A DNA stretch of 63,083 nt, filler included, from Licmophora abbreviata (lineage: Eukaryota): NCBI GenBank assembly GCA_900291995.1. It is 9 parts of 9 records of this genome, joined end to end, with 100 filler letters (N's around TTAATTAATTAA, not from the genome) between each part and the next. Parts side by side here need not be neighbours in the genome. Positions count along the whole stretch, not along the records: positions 7,496 to 11,776 come from OLMU01000667.1; positions 11,877 to 22,938 come from OLMU01000668.1; 7 more parts are not named here. One strand, written 5' to 3'. How positions within the stretch are numbered: position 1 is the first letter of the stretch; every line of letters starts with the position of its first letter. The translations under genes and the position numbers were made by a program. Shown piece by piece: positions 9,852 through 21,031 of the stretch. The notes under the pieces were generated by a model that was not told the DNA's origin, did not search any database, and saw only the letters and a list, made by a program, of their open reading frames with translations.

Positions 9852-12800
9852 CTAGCTCGCGTACCGCGCAATCGTGCCTCTCTTGTTGGCCTTTATGGGC
9901 GTGGACGAATCCATACTGTCCCTTTCACACTCCCGTTGTGCCGAATTCAGAGTCGGTTCCGATGACATAGCAGTCTCGAGGGTATTCTCGGTAGTAAGCC
10001 TCTTGGTCGATGGATGGTCGACATTTGATGATGCCTCATCACTGTTCTTGGGGTCCTCGTCAATGGTTGCCATGGTCGATATCGGGCTATCTTCATACTG
10101 TTGCTCCAACGCCATGATCTTGATGGATCTGGCAACGTTTTCATTCGTAACTTCTTCCAGCGTGGAGGATAGACTTTCAACCTTGCGAGAGTAAGCACGG
10201 TTCTCTGCCTCCAACTTCTGAACTATTTCCAGAAGCTGACTCGCAGTGACAGGATCGTGAGATGAGACAATATCACTCTCTTCCACTTGCTTCATCAGTC
10301 GCTGAATTGTCAGCTCTTGCGCCTGCTCGAGACTCATTGTTCCTGGCAATGTGTCAGCTGTCACGTCCGTGTCTTCGCTCAGGGAAACACCAACAAAGTT
10401 CCCTTCGATGCCTTGCGACGCAATCGTGTTTTTCTCGGTGCGAAGGCTAAGGATGGATGCTTCCTGTTGAGAGACAATGGATTCAAGCTCGGCGATGCGA
10501 GCGGCTTCGTCCAGCTCTATCTTCGCTGCCTGTTTTCTTTTCCGCCATAAAGAGAAGACGCTGCTCGGTGACACCGAGTCATCGTCGAGCATCTCGTCCT
10601 CGTCCATTTGGTAAAAGTCGTCAATCGCACTTCTCTCATCGCCTTCATTGAGAGTGGGCTCATATTCAAGCTGCTCCGATAGATCGTCAATCTTGGCTCG
10701 GCTCTCTGCAAGTTCCATACTCAGCGATGCAGCCTTTCGAATCGTGAGCTCGCGCTCACGCTCCAACTGCTGGCCACGTTCGCGACTGACACTCAAAAGC
10801 TTCTCGACCTCCTGGAGGTTCTCACGAAGATGCTTTTCGGCTTCGATAGCCTTTGTGTGAGTTTTCCACACATCAGACATTTCCTCTACCTTTGCCTTGT
10901 ACACTTCGCGTTCTTGCCCAAGTTTCTCAATCATGTCGTTACAATCCTTGAGGTCCCTCGTGAGTTTCTCCACCTGAGTCTTGAGCTCCGCGCAAAGCAT
11001 CGCTTTAGCGTGAAGCTGTTTGGTAGTATCATCGGCATTGTCGATATCCAGGAGCCGATTGAGCTCTAAGATCCTAGCAAGATTGAACTTTCTTTCGTGT
11101 TCCAACTCTTCAATATTCATCTGGGCTTCCTGCAAGCTACTGCGAAGCTCAATGAGTTGGTCGGTGAGAAGACGAGCATCGTGCGCCTCATTCGTACGGT
11201 CGTCATATTCGTCAACACCGATCAGCGTGCTCGTCACCTCTTCTTCCATCCCTTCGCTGACATCGACAGATCCAGTTGACGAGAGTTCGTCCATCCCGCG
11301 GGGTGAAGGCTCGAAGTCAGAGTTGTTAAGACTTCTCTGTACGTGGCTTGTCATGGCAAGCTTGCACATCCGCTCATTCCTCTCCTTTGCCTGTGATTTT
11401 CCAATCGCTTTCTTCGTCTCGACTTCCGTAGACAGTGTCGACCACGGCAGTCAGAGCTTCCTCAAGTTGCTGCGTCAGATTGACAATGTCGGATGACGTG
11501 CGTTCCTCAGCACCGGAGCGAGCTGTTTCAAGTTCCGTGCTCATCTCAGACGCTTTTGCTTGGGCTTCGCCTAGCTGATCACGCAACGTGTTAAGTTCCA
11601 TCACAATGTTCTCTTCCTCCTTGCGGAAGCGATCAACTTCTCCAGTGAATACCTCCATTGCAGCGGTTGACGCGTTGAGCTGATTCGTCAACAATGTCAT
11701 CTTTATCACTGCGTTGCGCTTTTCAGTTTCGAGCACACCGATGCGATACTCAGCGTCTTCCTTTGCATCACGGATGNNNNNNNNNNNNNNNNNNNNNNNN
11801 NNNNNNNNNNNNNNNNNNNNTTAATTAATTAANNNNNNNNNNNNNNNNNNNNNNNNNNNNNNNNNNNNNNNNNNNNGCTTTTCAGTTTCGAGCACACCGA
11901 TGCGATACTCAGCGTCTTCCTTTGCATCACGGATGGCGTCCGCATTCGAGAGTCTAAGATCCTCCAACTCCTTCTCCTTTAGTTCCATTTCAAAATTCAT
12001 TCGATCAAGCTTGGCGTCGCGATCGAAGAGCTGAGCAAGAAGCAATTTTGTGGCCCTTTCACGTATCTTTTCATGCACCGTCCATATCTCAGGGCTACTT
12101 GCGTTCGAATGCTTCATCTCCCGAACCTGAGTGACCTGTTGGCGCAGCTCCTTGATTTCCTTGCGGTCGTCAGAGTCGGCCGGGCCATCCTTGATATGTA
12201 GGTTCAGTAGCTCCAATTCGGCTAGGATCCCACTCTCCATCGAGCTGCTTGAGGCGTCAAACTCTTGCGCTCGCTGGTTGGATTCTTCCAGCTGCTGCGA
12301 GAGTTTTTCAATTCTTGATTGTAATTCGGCGCCTTCTTGTTCAAGTTCAGCAATCTGGGCGTCCCCTTGTCCGTAATGTTGCTTCAATGCATCTACCGCA
12401 GAGACTGAGTGTTCTAGCTGTTCGTTGAGCTTGTAAATATCTTGCCAGCCCAAATTGCGTCCAAGTTCGAGTTCTTGGATCTCCTCCTGTGCTTCGTGGG
12501 AGGGAACTTTTAAATCGGAAGTTTCGTCCATAGAAATTGATTTCTCAATCTCTTGTGGGAATAATTCCTTTTGGGTGTCACCTAGGGAGGCATCCTTCTT
12601 GTCGGCAGCTAGCTGCAGTTGAAGTTGTTCGATGCGACGCTCTCGACCATGAATGAGTTCATTCAGGATATGTATCTGCCGATCAAGGTCTTCGAACGTC
12701 TCTTCCCCCTGATGTTTGAATTCTCCTTCTCCATCCGACACAAACGATATACCTCCGAGGCTACCTTTTGATTGCTCCGGCGAAACACTGGTGGCATTCG

Positions 12801-13254
12801 AATGAGCGCTTGCCTCCATACGCTCAAACTCTCGTTTCGAAGCTGTCATAGATGCTCGCAATTGCCTGAGTTCTTTCTTCATGGCGGAGAATTTCCGGAT
12901 GGCCTTGACGGGGGCAGTTCCATCGAATTTTCCGTCGAACCCCACAATGGCGTGGATGACCCGACTGGCGTCTCGCAGCTGGAGCTCCAGCTGCTCCTGG
13001 TGAGGGAGCTCCACGGAGCCAGCATTTCCAGCATGTGTCTTCTTTTGGGATGGCGGAGTGATGGTAACTCCAATTTCGGTGGGTATGGGGACATTGGAAT
13101 TTCGATTGAGAACAAGTCCTTGTCTTCCGGATTGTGCTTGTGCCTGCATGCTCTTGTTCGTCGTGTTGGCCTCGGGCGAAAGTTCAGAACCTTCGTCGCT
13201 CTTTTTCCGCCTCCTAAGAGACAACCGAGGTTTCCGGTTACGTGGGCTGGTCAT
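9852..13254 (-). CDS. Large coiled-coil protein, split by a gap and a frameshift near 11440
   Basis: Three consecutive Glu/Leu/Gln-rich heptad ORFs (11821-13254, 11374-11736, 9852-11369). The first two are joined by a 59-nt overlap at the gap, the last two by a 1-nt shift. Confidence 0.7.
11777..11876. other. Assembly gap/linker (flanks overlap by 59 nt)
   Basis: 11718-11776 is identical to 11877-11935. Confidence 0.97.
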
Positions 13255-13974
13255 GCTACTTCGTTTGACACAAGACGTGATTTGCCCTGCGATTCAAGAT
13301 CCACTGCAACAATCACGGGCGCTCATCAACGTCTGTCCCGTTGAATGTGTCGTACTGTCTCTTCCTTTCTGCTTACAACATGCGCAGTCGTGAAAAGCGC
13401 GCACCTCTAGAGCAAGGGAATTTCGTAGTTTTACCGACACTCCGTCCATGTATACTAATATTATATCATTAGTTTTTTTTAATGTCTATTTGTCATTTTG
13501 AAGTGTTCACACAACAGAAAGTGCGTCAGGTATGATATCACGCTAAGTGACATAACTGTCATTGTGATCTCGTGTGTCAAAGAGGACTTGTGAAGTACCG
13601 GTAGGTAGATTCGTGAAAGAAGCAATGGCCTTGACACTTACTTCCTGTTGCCTTTTCATGAGCTCAACATGAAGGTTTACGGCTTAGGTAGGTGGCAGCG
13701 TCAGTTTGCATGATCTTGAATCTGTGTTGTTTCCCTTCTTGGAAATCGAGCTATGCGGATATTTCTAAAATATGGCTGTATATTTATACATGTATATCCA
13801 TTTTGACTGTACCCTTAACCCTATTGCTGATCTCTTGAGTAAATCACGGGGACACGGACCGACGGGCTGGCAGCACACAACGACCATGAGCCGAGACCCA
13901 GATACCGAGAGACGTCTTCACACACTACAAGCACACTTCCTCCTTTCTCTAACCTTACTACATTACAATCAGTC

Positions 13975-15114
13975 ATGCACGGTCATCGACGTGACGAGTA
14001 CAAGGCGCGGATGGAGAATCCAAAAGTCGCCGCTGGACTTGCCCAGAAAGCGCAGCAATGGAACACGCTCTCGCAAGAACTTATTCAGCGCCGGCGACGG
14101 AAGGAGACGCCACTAGTATTGGATGAAGAAGCACAGGCGAAACAGAATACTGAAACTCTTGCACTGACAGAAAAGCTCTTGTTGGTGAATCCCGATCCTC
14201 TCGAGCTTTGGAATCATCGGCGAGAATTACTTCTCAATGACGTCGTTGACTTGACTCCTGAGCTTGTTTTGACGGCATCGTGCCTCAAACGGAATCCCAA
14301 GGCCTATGGAGCTTGGTTTCATCGCAAGTGGATTATTCGGGAGGATTTTCGTGTGCAGAGCGACAGAAGTGTCAGCAGTAGTGTTGCACTACTGGAACAG
14401 GAACTTGCCTTGTGTGCTCAGTTCTTGAAACTCGACGAGCGCAACTTTCATTGCTGGAACTATCGACGATTTGTCGTCGCGGTCTTGATGGCAGTATGCC
14501 AAGAAGACTCTTCGAGGACGGATGGGTCATGGGTGTTTGGGCATGACGTGGTCATGGGAGCGCAACTCACGGCGCCCCAGACGGATAGGACGGGCAATGA
14601 ACCTCTGAACGCGTCTGTTATGGCCTTGTTGGAATCTGAATGGGCTTTTACGACGGAAAAAATTCAGCAGAACTTTTCAAACTTTTCCGCCTTTCACTAC
14701 CGATCCAAGTTATTGCCATTGCGACTCCAGGAAGATGAGACTCGCATGTCTCTGGCGAGAACCGAGATTGAGATTATTCACAATGCAATTTTTACGGAAC
14801 CTGACGACCAGACGGCATGGTGGTACCATCGCTTCATACTCATGGAATGGCTGGACCCTAGCGAAACTTCGGGCGGCTACGAGGCGCTACTAATGGAAGA
14901 ACGAGATCTGCTCGTCGAGCTGATCGAAACTGAGGAAGGGCAATGCAAGTGGGGACTGATGGCATTGCACATGGTGTTGACACAAATGAAACAGCCTGAG
15001 AATCAGGACGAAGGCAAGATCAGTGAGTGTTTGGAGCGTCTGACGGATCTGGATCCAGACAGGGCAGCTCGCTACGAGAGCATGAAGAAGATGCATGCAG
15101 AAGCGCACTTCTAA
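13975..15114 (+). CDS. RABGGTA: Rab geranylgeranyltransferase (type II) alpha subunit
   Basis: MHG.RR N-terminus. Prenyltransferase-alpha repeats NPD..LWNHRR, NPKAYGAWFHRKW, DERNFHCWNYRRFV, NFSNFSAFHYRS, TEPDDQTAWWYHRF. C-terminal LDPDR..RY. Confidence 0.9.
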   Translation: MHGHRRDEYKARMENPKVAAGLAQKAQQWNTLSQELIQRRRRKETPLVLDEEAQAKQNTETLALTEKLLLVNPDPLELWNHRRELLLNDVVDLTPELVLTASCLKRNPKAYGAWFHRKWIIREDFRVQSDRSVSSSVALLEQELALCAQFLKLDERNFHCWNYRRFVVAVLMAVCQEDSSRTDGSWVFGHDVVMGAQLTAPQTDRTGNEPLNASVMALLESEWAFTTEKIQQNFSNFSAFHYRSKLLPLRLQEDETRMSLARTEIEIIHNAIFTEPDDQTAWWYHRFILMEWLDPSETSGGYEALLMEERDLLVELIETEEGQCKWGLMALHMVLTQMKQPENQDEGKISECLERLTDLDPDRAARYESMKKMHAEAHF

Positions 15115-15193
15115 TATAGTAGTGTCTTTAGTCGAACATTCCAATATTCTACTTCTAAGCTTTTTGCTTCTTGTCAGGCCTTCGTAGACGGTT

Positions 15194-16485
15194 TTACTCT
15201 TCCGCCTTGACGTCTCCAAAGTCGATGCCGCCACGCTTGATGAGTTCTACCGAGTAGCCATCGGGGTCGTAAGCGAAGGCCTGTGTATTGATATCAACAA
15301 AAGAGTGGAGTTTAGGTAAACGCACCGATATGGAATACTATACAGGAACATGTTACTTACCAATCCCTTCATAGAACCGGCATCTGGTTCCTTTCGGAAG
15401 CCATATCCCATTGTACCAATGGCATTGCACGCGTCATAGACATCGTCCACCAAGAATCCAACATGTCCAAAGCCCTGACGGTCTTGCTCATTGCCGTTGT
15501 AGTGTTGGAACGTGTCGTCTTGTTCCGTTCCATGGTTGTGTGTCAGTTCCAATACTGGCTGAAACAAATTGCGGGCTTCTTGTACGTCATCTGGCACATT
15601 GGAAGATGCCAAAAAGTACAACGAAAAGTCGTCAAAGTGCCGTTCTAGCACCACCTTCATACCAAGCCTCTGATAGAATGCGAGAGATTTCTTTGGGTCC
15701 TTCACACGCAGCATGGTTTGGGAAAAGTTAAACTCGTTGGGGATCTGGGAGTTCTCGCCGCGGCGGACCAATTCTACCCAGTAGCCATCGGGATCGTATA
15801 CAAAAGCGAGCCCTTTCATGCGACCCTCATCGGGCTTCTTTTTAAAGGCACAGCCAGCGGCTTCCAGCTTAGCAGAGGAAGCATAGACGTCATCGCAGTT
15901 GACTGCGACATGACCAAATCCGTCCTTTTCTTGATTGCCCGGGTGATAGTGAAAGTCCGCTTTCGATTCGGTCCCGTAGTTGTGGGTGAGTTCGAGCGCT
16001 ACTCCCTCCATCTTCCATAGGTAGTCATGTGCGGCCTGCGTTCCAGGTGTGAGGGTATACTCTTCGCCTTGGGGCAATGTCGCCAAGAAGAACAAAGAAA
16101 ACTTGTACTGGGGAAAGTCAAATTTGTCAACGAGGGTGAATCCAAGGAGTTCCGTGTAAAATTTCAGAGACTTTTCCGGATCTTTGATTCGTAACATGGT
16201 CTGTTGCCATGTTGGGCGACCAGGAACAATGGCGTCTGACGATGACGAGGTACTAGGAGCGACGGTCGACATCATGAAGAGAGGACGAGGCTTTGTGAAT
16301 CTTAGTGACGGTTTGTGAGGTGGAGCTGCTGTGACAAGAGGAGAATACGGGCCAATGTACGCAGAGGTCGATACAAAGGCAGCACTGTAGGCCTCACACA
16401 AACACCCACTGGCGATTGAGGTAGCCAAAAGTAAAGACGAAAGCGAGGAGCGACGACGCAACGGACCGGCAGCAGTGGTCAGCAT
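15194..16485 (-). CDS. GLO1: Lactoylglutathione lyase (glyoxalase I), two-domain monomeric type, with N-terminal targeting extension; exons 16485-15361, 15280-15194
   Basis: Duplicated motifs QTMLRIKDP/QTMLRVKDP, LELTHN, GFGHV, DPDGY.VEL. Intron 15360-15281 (GTAAGT..ACAG) restores the C-terminus AFAYDPDGYSVELIKRG. Confidence 0.93.
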
Positions 16486-17070
16486 CTCGCCATGTTCTGT
16501 GTTTTTTCGAAATCTTTTGTGCGTTTGGGTGTGGGAGACATTCGTCTCGTGATTCCCGTAACTCGTGACTTAATGTTCGTAATATCCTTATGCATGTTGA
16601 ACCATATATTATGTTTGATTTGTATATTTGATATATAGTCACGAATACCTCAAACGACATGCCTGCGCAATGGAAGATCGTCAAAAGATTCGTGAGAGTG
16701 TGGCGTCATCAATGCTCATGAGCTGCTGTTGACATTGGATTTCAGGAGAGGATCCACCGCAATCTCAACAGGAGCTGTGGCAGTGGTTTGTTTTATACCA
16801 GACAGTACGATTTGTCAAGAGAAAAAGTTGCAGTGCTTTGTCTGCGACGAAGGGCGTGTTTTCATACCTAGACTATTGAGAGACGAAGTCCGTTTTTCCA
16901 AAGTCTCGTAGTTTACGTAGGATTGTACGTGCTCTGTACTGGAGCGCTTTTGTCACTCACATACAAAAAAAGGGTCACATACAACGAGCTGAGAGCGTTG
17001 AACAAAGGCAGAGTGTCGACCGTGTTTCTTGTACTCGTACACATTCCTCCAGATTTCGAAGACAAAGACC

Positions 17071-19262
17071 ATGCCAGCAAGGGATGACGGTGGCCTGGGC
17101 GCTCAGCTCGTGGGAGACCGTATTCCTGTGAATCATCGGACCGTGCAAGTGACCAAGCTGCTTGGCGAAGGTAAGGCATGCATAGCGAGACTGTCGTCTG
17201 ATGGTGATGTCAGTGTGTTTCCCGTCTGCCTTGCTCATTACAGTGATTGCTCTCTTTGTCGTTACTTTATTCGAAAGGTGGCTTTTCCTATGTCTATCTC
17301 GTTAAGGAAATCTCGTTGACCGAAAGCACAGCCAGTTCTACGTCGCCAACCAGTCCGGCGGGCGGTGACAGCCACACTCATCCGTCTGCTTCCTCCTCCT
17401 CGGCATCAATGAAAAACATACCACTCGTCCTCAAAGTCACGTCAATTCATTCGAGACAGCAACGCAGCATTGCGGAAAAGGAAGCAAAACTGCTCTCGAG
17501 ACTCTCCCATCCCAGCATTATCAAAATGTATGACACCTCCTATCGCAGTCTGGGGGGAAATGAAGGAGCGGGGTTGCTGTTTGGCAAAAGCAAGCAGGAT
17601 GGCGGCGGTGCCGGTGGAATGAATGCCTTGGGGTCGTCCAAGAATGAACGCTCGCAGCACTTGATTCTCATGGAATATTGCGAGGGCGGTCACGCGCTCG
17701 ATGTCTGTACAAAGCTACGAGACTCCAAACAGCAGTTTGACTTGAGCAGTCTGATTATTGCCTTTGGGCAAATTGGCAATGCCGTCTCGTATCTTCATGC
17801 TCAGAGACCACCTATTGTGCATCGAGATTTGAAACCAGTCAATTTTTTGGTCAAGAACGGGGCTTACAAGCTGTGTGACTTTGGATCGGCTGTATTTGGT
17901 CATGTCGAATTGAAAACGCAGCAACAGCGAGCGGAGGCGGAAGAAGTCATTCAGAAAACAACGACTCAGATGTTTCGAGCGCCCGAGATGGTAGACCTGC
18001 ACATGACGAAGAAATTGACACAAAGGTGAGATAAAGTGATGCGTCATCACTGGTGGTAGACCTTTGCGCGCACAGTATGCACATACTCATGATGTGATTC
18101 GTTGCGAATGTGAATCACCAGCACCGACGTTTGGGCGCTTGGATGCTGCCTGTATTCGCTAGCCTTTTTACAAAATTGTTTCGAGGAGGGTTCCAATCTT
18201 GCAATTTTGTCCCGAAATTATAAGATTCCAGAAAACAATCCCTATGGACCAGGCTTGGTCGAGTTGATTGATCGTATGTTGACGGTGGATCCCAAAGCGC
18301 GGGCTGATATGACGGAAGTTATTCTGTGTCTCTCAGCCATCTATTCTGGTAAGCCACTGCCAAAGAGAAAGGTTCCTAAAGCAAAAAAGAGTACGTCTGG
18401 AGAACTGGCGGAAACGGAGCCCGATGTGGACAAATCTGAGCGGGTCGGAAACTATCGAACGGATGGACAAGGAATTCGAACGTCAAGACCACAACCGGAA
18501 ACAAAGAAACCAATCGAGGTACGTTTCTGAGCCAGTGTCGGAGCCTGCACTGGGTGATTGGGGTTTGTCGACGAGAGGGCCTCATGGGTGCTATGCTTCT
18601 GTGGCTGATTCTTTGTTCTCGAACAGGCGAAGAAGTTGAATCCAAACTCGGCGGCAGCACGGCGACGACGAGCTTCTCAAACTGTCGGCGGAGAAGGGAC
18701 AGGACAAAACTCCAGATCGTTCCCGGAAAGCCCACTGGCCAAAGTGCAGTTCAAGGGCTCCCTCAAGCTCGACCCGAAGACAGCTCGTCCTGTATCCAAC
18801 GGTTCGTCTGGTGTCAACGAAGACCTGGCATTTTCCACTACCGAGAATCCGTTTGCAGGTGTCACGGGTACGATAGCAAGAGAAAAAGAGTCGACTGTTA
18901 TAAATGAAGTCGCACAGGATTGTGCTCTTACTATGTTCGCGCCCTCGTTCTATTTCACAGGAGAATCAGGCGTCAAAAGCGCAGATGATGCTGTTCTCGG
19001 CTCTTTTCACCAACACGAGGAAGGGGGTCGAAACGGTGACTTTGGCGGTTTTGAGGCAAATTCAGCCTGGGAGCAACCACAGCCGTTTCCTACTTTTTCA
19101 CCGGACGAGGACAGTGCCATGATGGCATTACAAGCCGTAGCTCGCAGCGCCAGTAGCGACGCACACGGAACGCTTGAACGTCTCAGCATTAGTGAGGCAG
19201 ACAGCGACAGCACACCAATAGACCGATCCAAGCAGCGGCGACGTCGGACCAAAGCAAGCTGA
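17071..19262 (+). CDS. NAK-family (AAK1/BIKE/GAK-like) Ser/Thr kinase; exons 17071-17170, 17278-18025, 18122-18518, 18627-19262
   Basis: LGEG|GFSYVY, ILMEYC, PPIVHRDLKPVN, KLCDFGSA, IQKTTTQMFRAPEMVDL (NAK activation segment), STDVWALGC. Three GT-AG introns, all in frame. Confidence 0.9.
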
Positions 19263-19377
19263 CGTTGATGACATGACAGTCCTTCCTTATCGGTATGAGG
19301 GTTATTATTATAAGCTACCTAGCAGTAGTAGCATGACTTTAAAGTTTTATGCCGTAGGTACCAGTCCTCGCTTATTA

Positions 19378-20628
19378 TCACGGTTTGTACTCGCCTCGCC
19401 ATCCCGGGAAGACCCAGTCCACAACACCACCTTCTCCTACCAACAATTCGACCCAGTCGGTTGTAGACGTACCCGTACCAGCCAAGGCATCGTTCAATGG
19501 CTCACCAGTAGGACAGGTGTTGTCGATGCGCGAAAAGTCGTCAAAGTTCAGTCCCGCCCGAGCGGCGGCTTCTCGTACAGCTGGTACGGCGGCGGCCGGC
19601 AAACGTGGTTCTTTGGCATACACAAAGGACCCCTCGTAGTTGCCTTGTAGAGTGTGTCCCTTGTAGGCTACCAACTTAAACTCTGGAATGTCTCCCGACC
19701 CATCACTCTGTCCGATAATGTACCAATTTTCGTTGAACTGAAGCCCGTTCATTTTTCCCTCGGTATGCAAGGTACGTTTGGAAGGATTCGGGATTTCCGG
19801 CCGGGACGCATCCACCACCATGTGTTCCGTCAGGGTGTTCTCCCAGAAACCACCACCAGCGCTATCCGGTCGACTCACACGGAAGAAAATGCCCATGTCT
19901 AGTTCCGATGCATCCTTTTCGAGCGTTTCAAACGTGTTGAACTGACAATCGAACAAGTCGTAGTTGGGGTTGAGTCCGTCCGTCTTGTACCATTTTCCCA
20001 GCAGCGATGTCGGGTCAAACTGTTTTACCGAATATCCGTACCCCGTGTTTTCCGCCGAATTATCGACGTTCCTTGGTGCCTTTACACATTCATTCTCCTC
20101 AATCGCGCAGGACAACCAGTTGCTGAGATCGGGCGAGTTATACTCCGCAAAACATCGGGTGGCGAGCGATTGCTCGCCCTTGCACCGTCCCAAACACACA
20201 AGGCCCTTGATGCCACGGGGGTTCGCAAAGAGCGCTTTAGTCTCAGCGCCACACTTGTTGATGAAGCATCCCACGTCAGACTTTTCCATTTGATTCTCCT
20301 TGGCGTACTCGGCAAAGCCGTCGTACTGCTTCGTGGGAGTATCGGCTAGAGCTAGAGTCCCACCAAAGAAGGACGAGGAGGCCAGTGTGACTCCAAGAGC
20401 CACTGTCGTCAAGGCACGTGAAGTAGATTGAATCCAATCCACATCTTTGTCTGGTTCAGGGGCATCAGGGCGAGACGTGAACAGCGTAGTTTTTGATTGT
20501 CTTGTTGCCGAACAGTGCGTCTGCACGGTACGGACAAAGGGCGGGAAACTAGTTCCAAGCGAGAATCCAACAGCCTTCTGACAAGCAGCTAAACTAAGCA
20601 GCAGAATCAAGTTCTCACGCTTCACCAT
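19378..20628 (-). CDS. VDL: Violaxanthin de-epoxidase-like protein (probably VDL1-type), plastid/thylakoid-lumen targeted
   Basis: Signal peptide ending AVG-F, then a second hydrophobic peptide ending ALA. Cys-rich domain CFINKC...CLGRC...RC...CAIEENECV. Lipocalin motif GKWYKTDGLNPNYDLFDCQ, then GNYEGSFVY and IDNTC. No Glu-rich VDE tail. The VDL1 versus VDL2 call is from recollection and needs phylogeny. Confidence 0.85.
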   Translation of the reverse strand: MVKRENLILLLSLAACQKAVGFSLGTSFPPFVRTVQTHCSATRQSKTTLFTSRPDAPEPDKDVDWIQSTSRALTTVALGVTLASSSFFGGTLALADTPTKQYDGFAEYAKENQMEKSDVGCFINKCGAETKALFANPRGIKGLVCLGRCKGEQSLATRCFAEYNSPDLSNWLSCAIEENECVKAPRNVDNSAENTGYGYSVKQFDPTSLLGKWYKTDGLNPNYDLFDCQFNTFETLEKDASELDMGIFFRVSRPDSAGGGFWENTLTEHMVVDASRPEIPNPSKRTLHTEGKMNGLQFNENWYIIGQSDGSGDIPEFKLVAYKGHTLQGNYEGSFVYAKEPRLPAAAVPAVREAAARAGLNFDDFSRIDNTCPTGEPLNDALAGTGTSTTDWVELLVGEGGVVDWVFPGWRGEYKP

Positions 20629-21031
20629 GGTACGTGTCAAAGCAAGTAGGCGGCGAGAACGAGAGAACAAGCCGGGTGGCGGACGACGGCGGTGGTGCGG
20701 ATGATGTATGTGATCCATCAAACATCACTCTCGTTTCTCCCGTGCCAATCATGAGGCGTCTTCCTTCAACTTGATATCTTCAGGGAGCGTCCGGAAATTC
20801 CTAGCGTTTAACGTATGCTCTACGAAGCATTGTTAATAACATCCTAGCGGTTCCCGGACGCGCGCCGGGTTTTGATAGTCAAAGCTTCCACGTGTCGTCA
20901 TTTTTAGGGAGCGCTCAATTTCAAATGGAGGTTCGTACACGAGTACACATTCTCAATCGACTCGTGTCTATGCGGGACGCAAAGTACTTTTCGGTGCAAT
21001 AGTCTATATGTAATATATCTTTCTTCTCTTT

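Noticed and set aside
2453..15114. Functional clustering of the CaaX protein with the prenyltransferase alpha subunit
   Set aside because: The enzyme is the Rab-specific type II subunit, which does not act on CaaL substrates, and unrelated genes lie between them.
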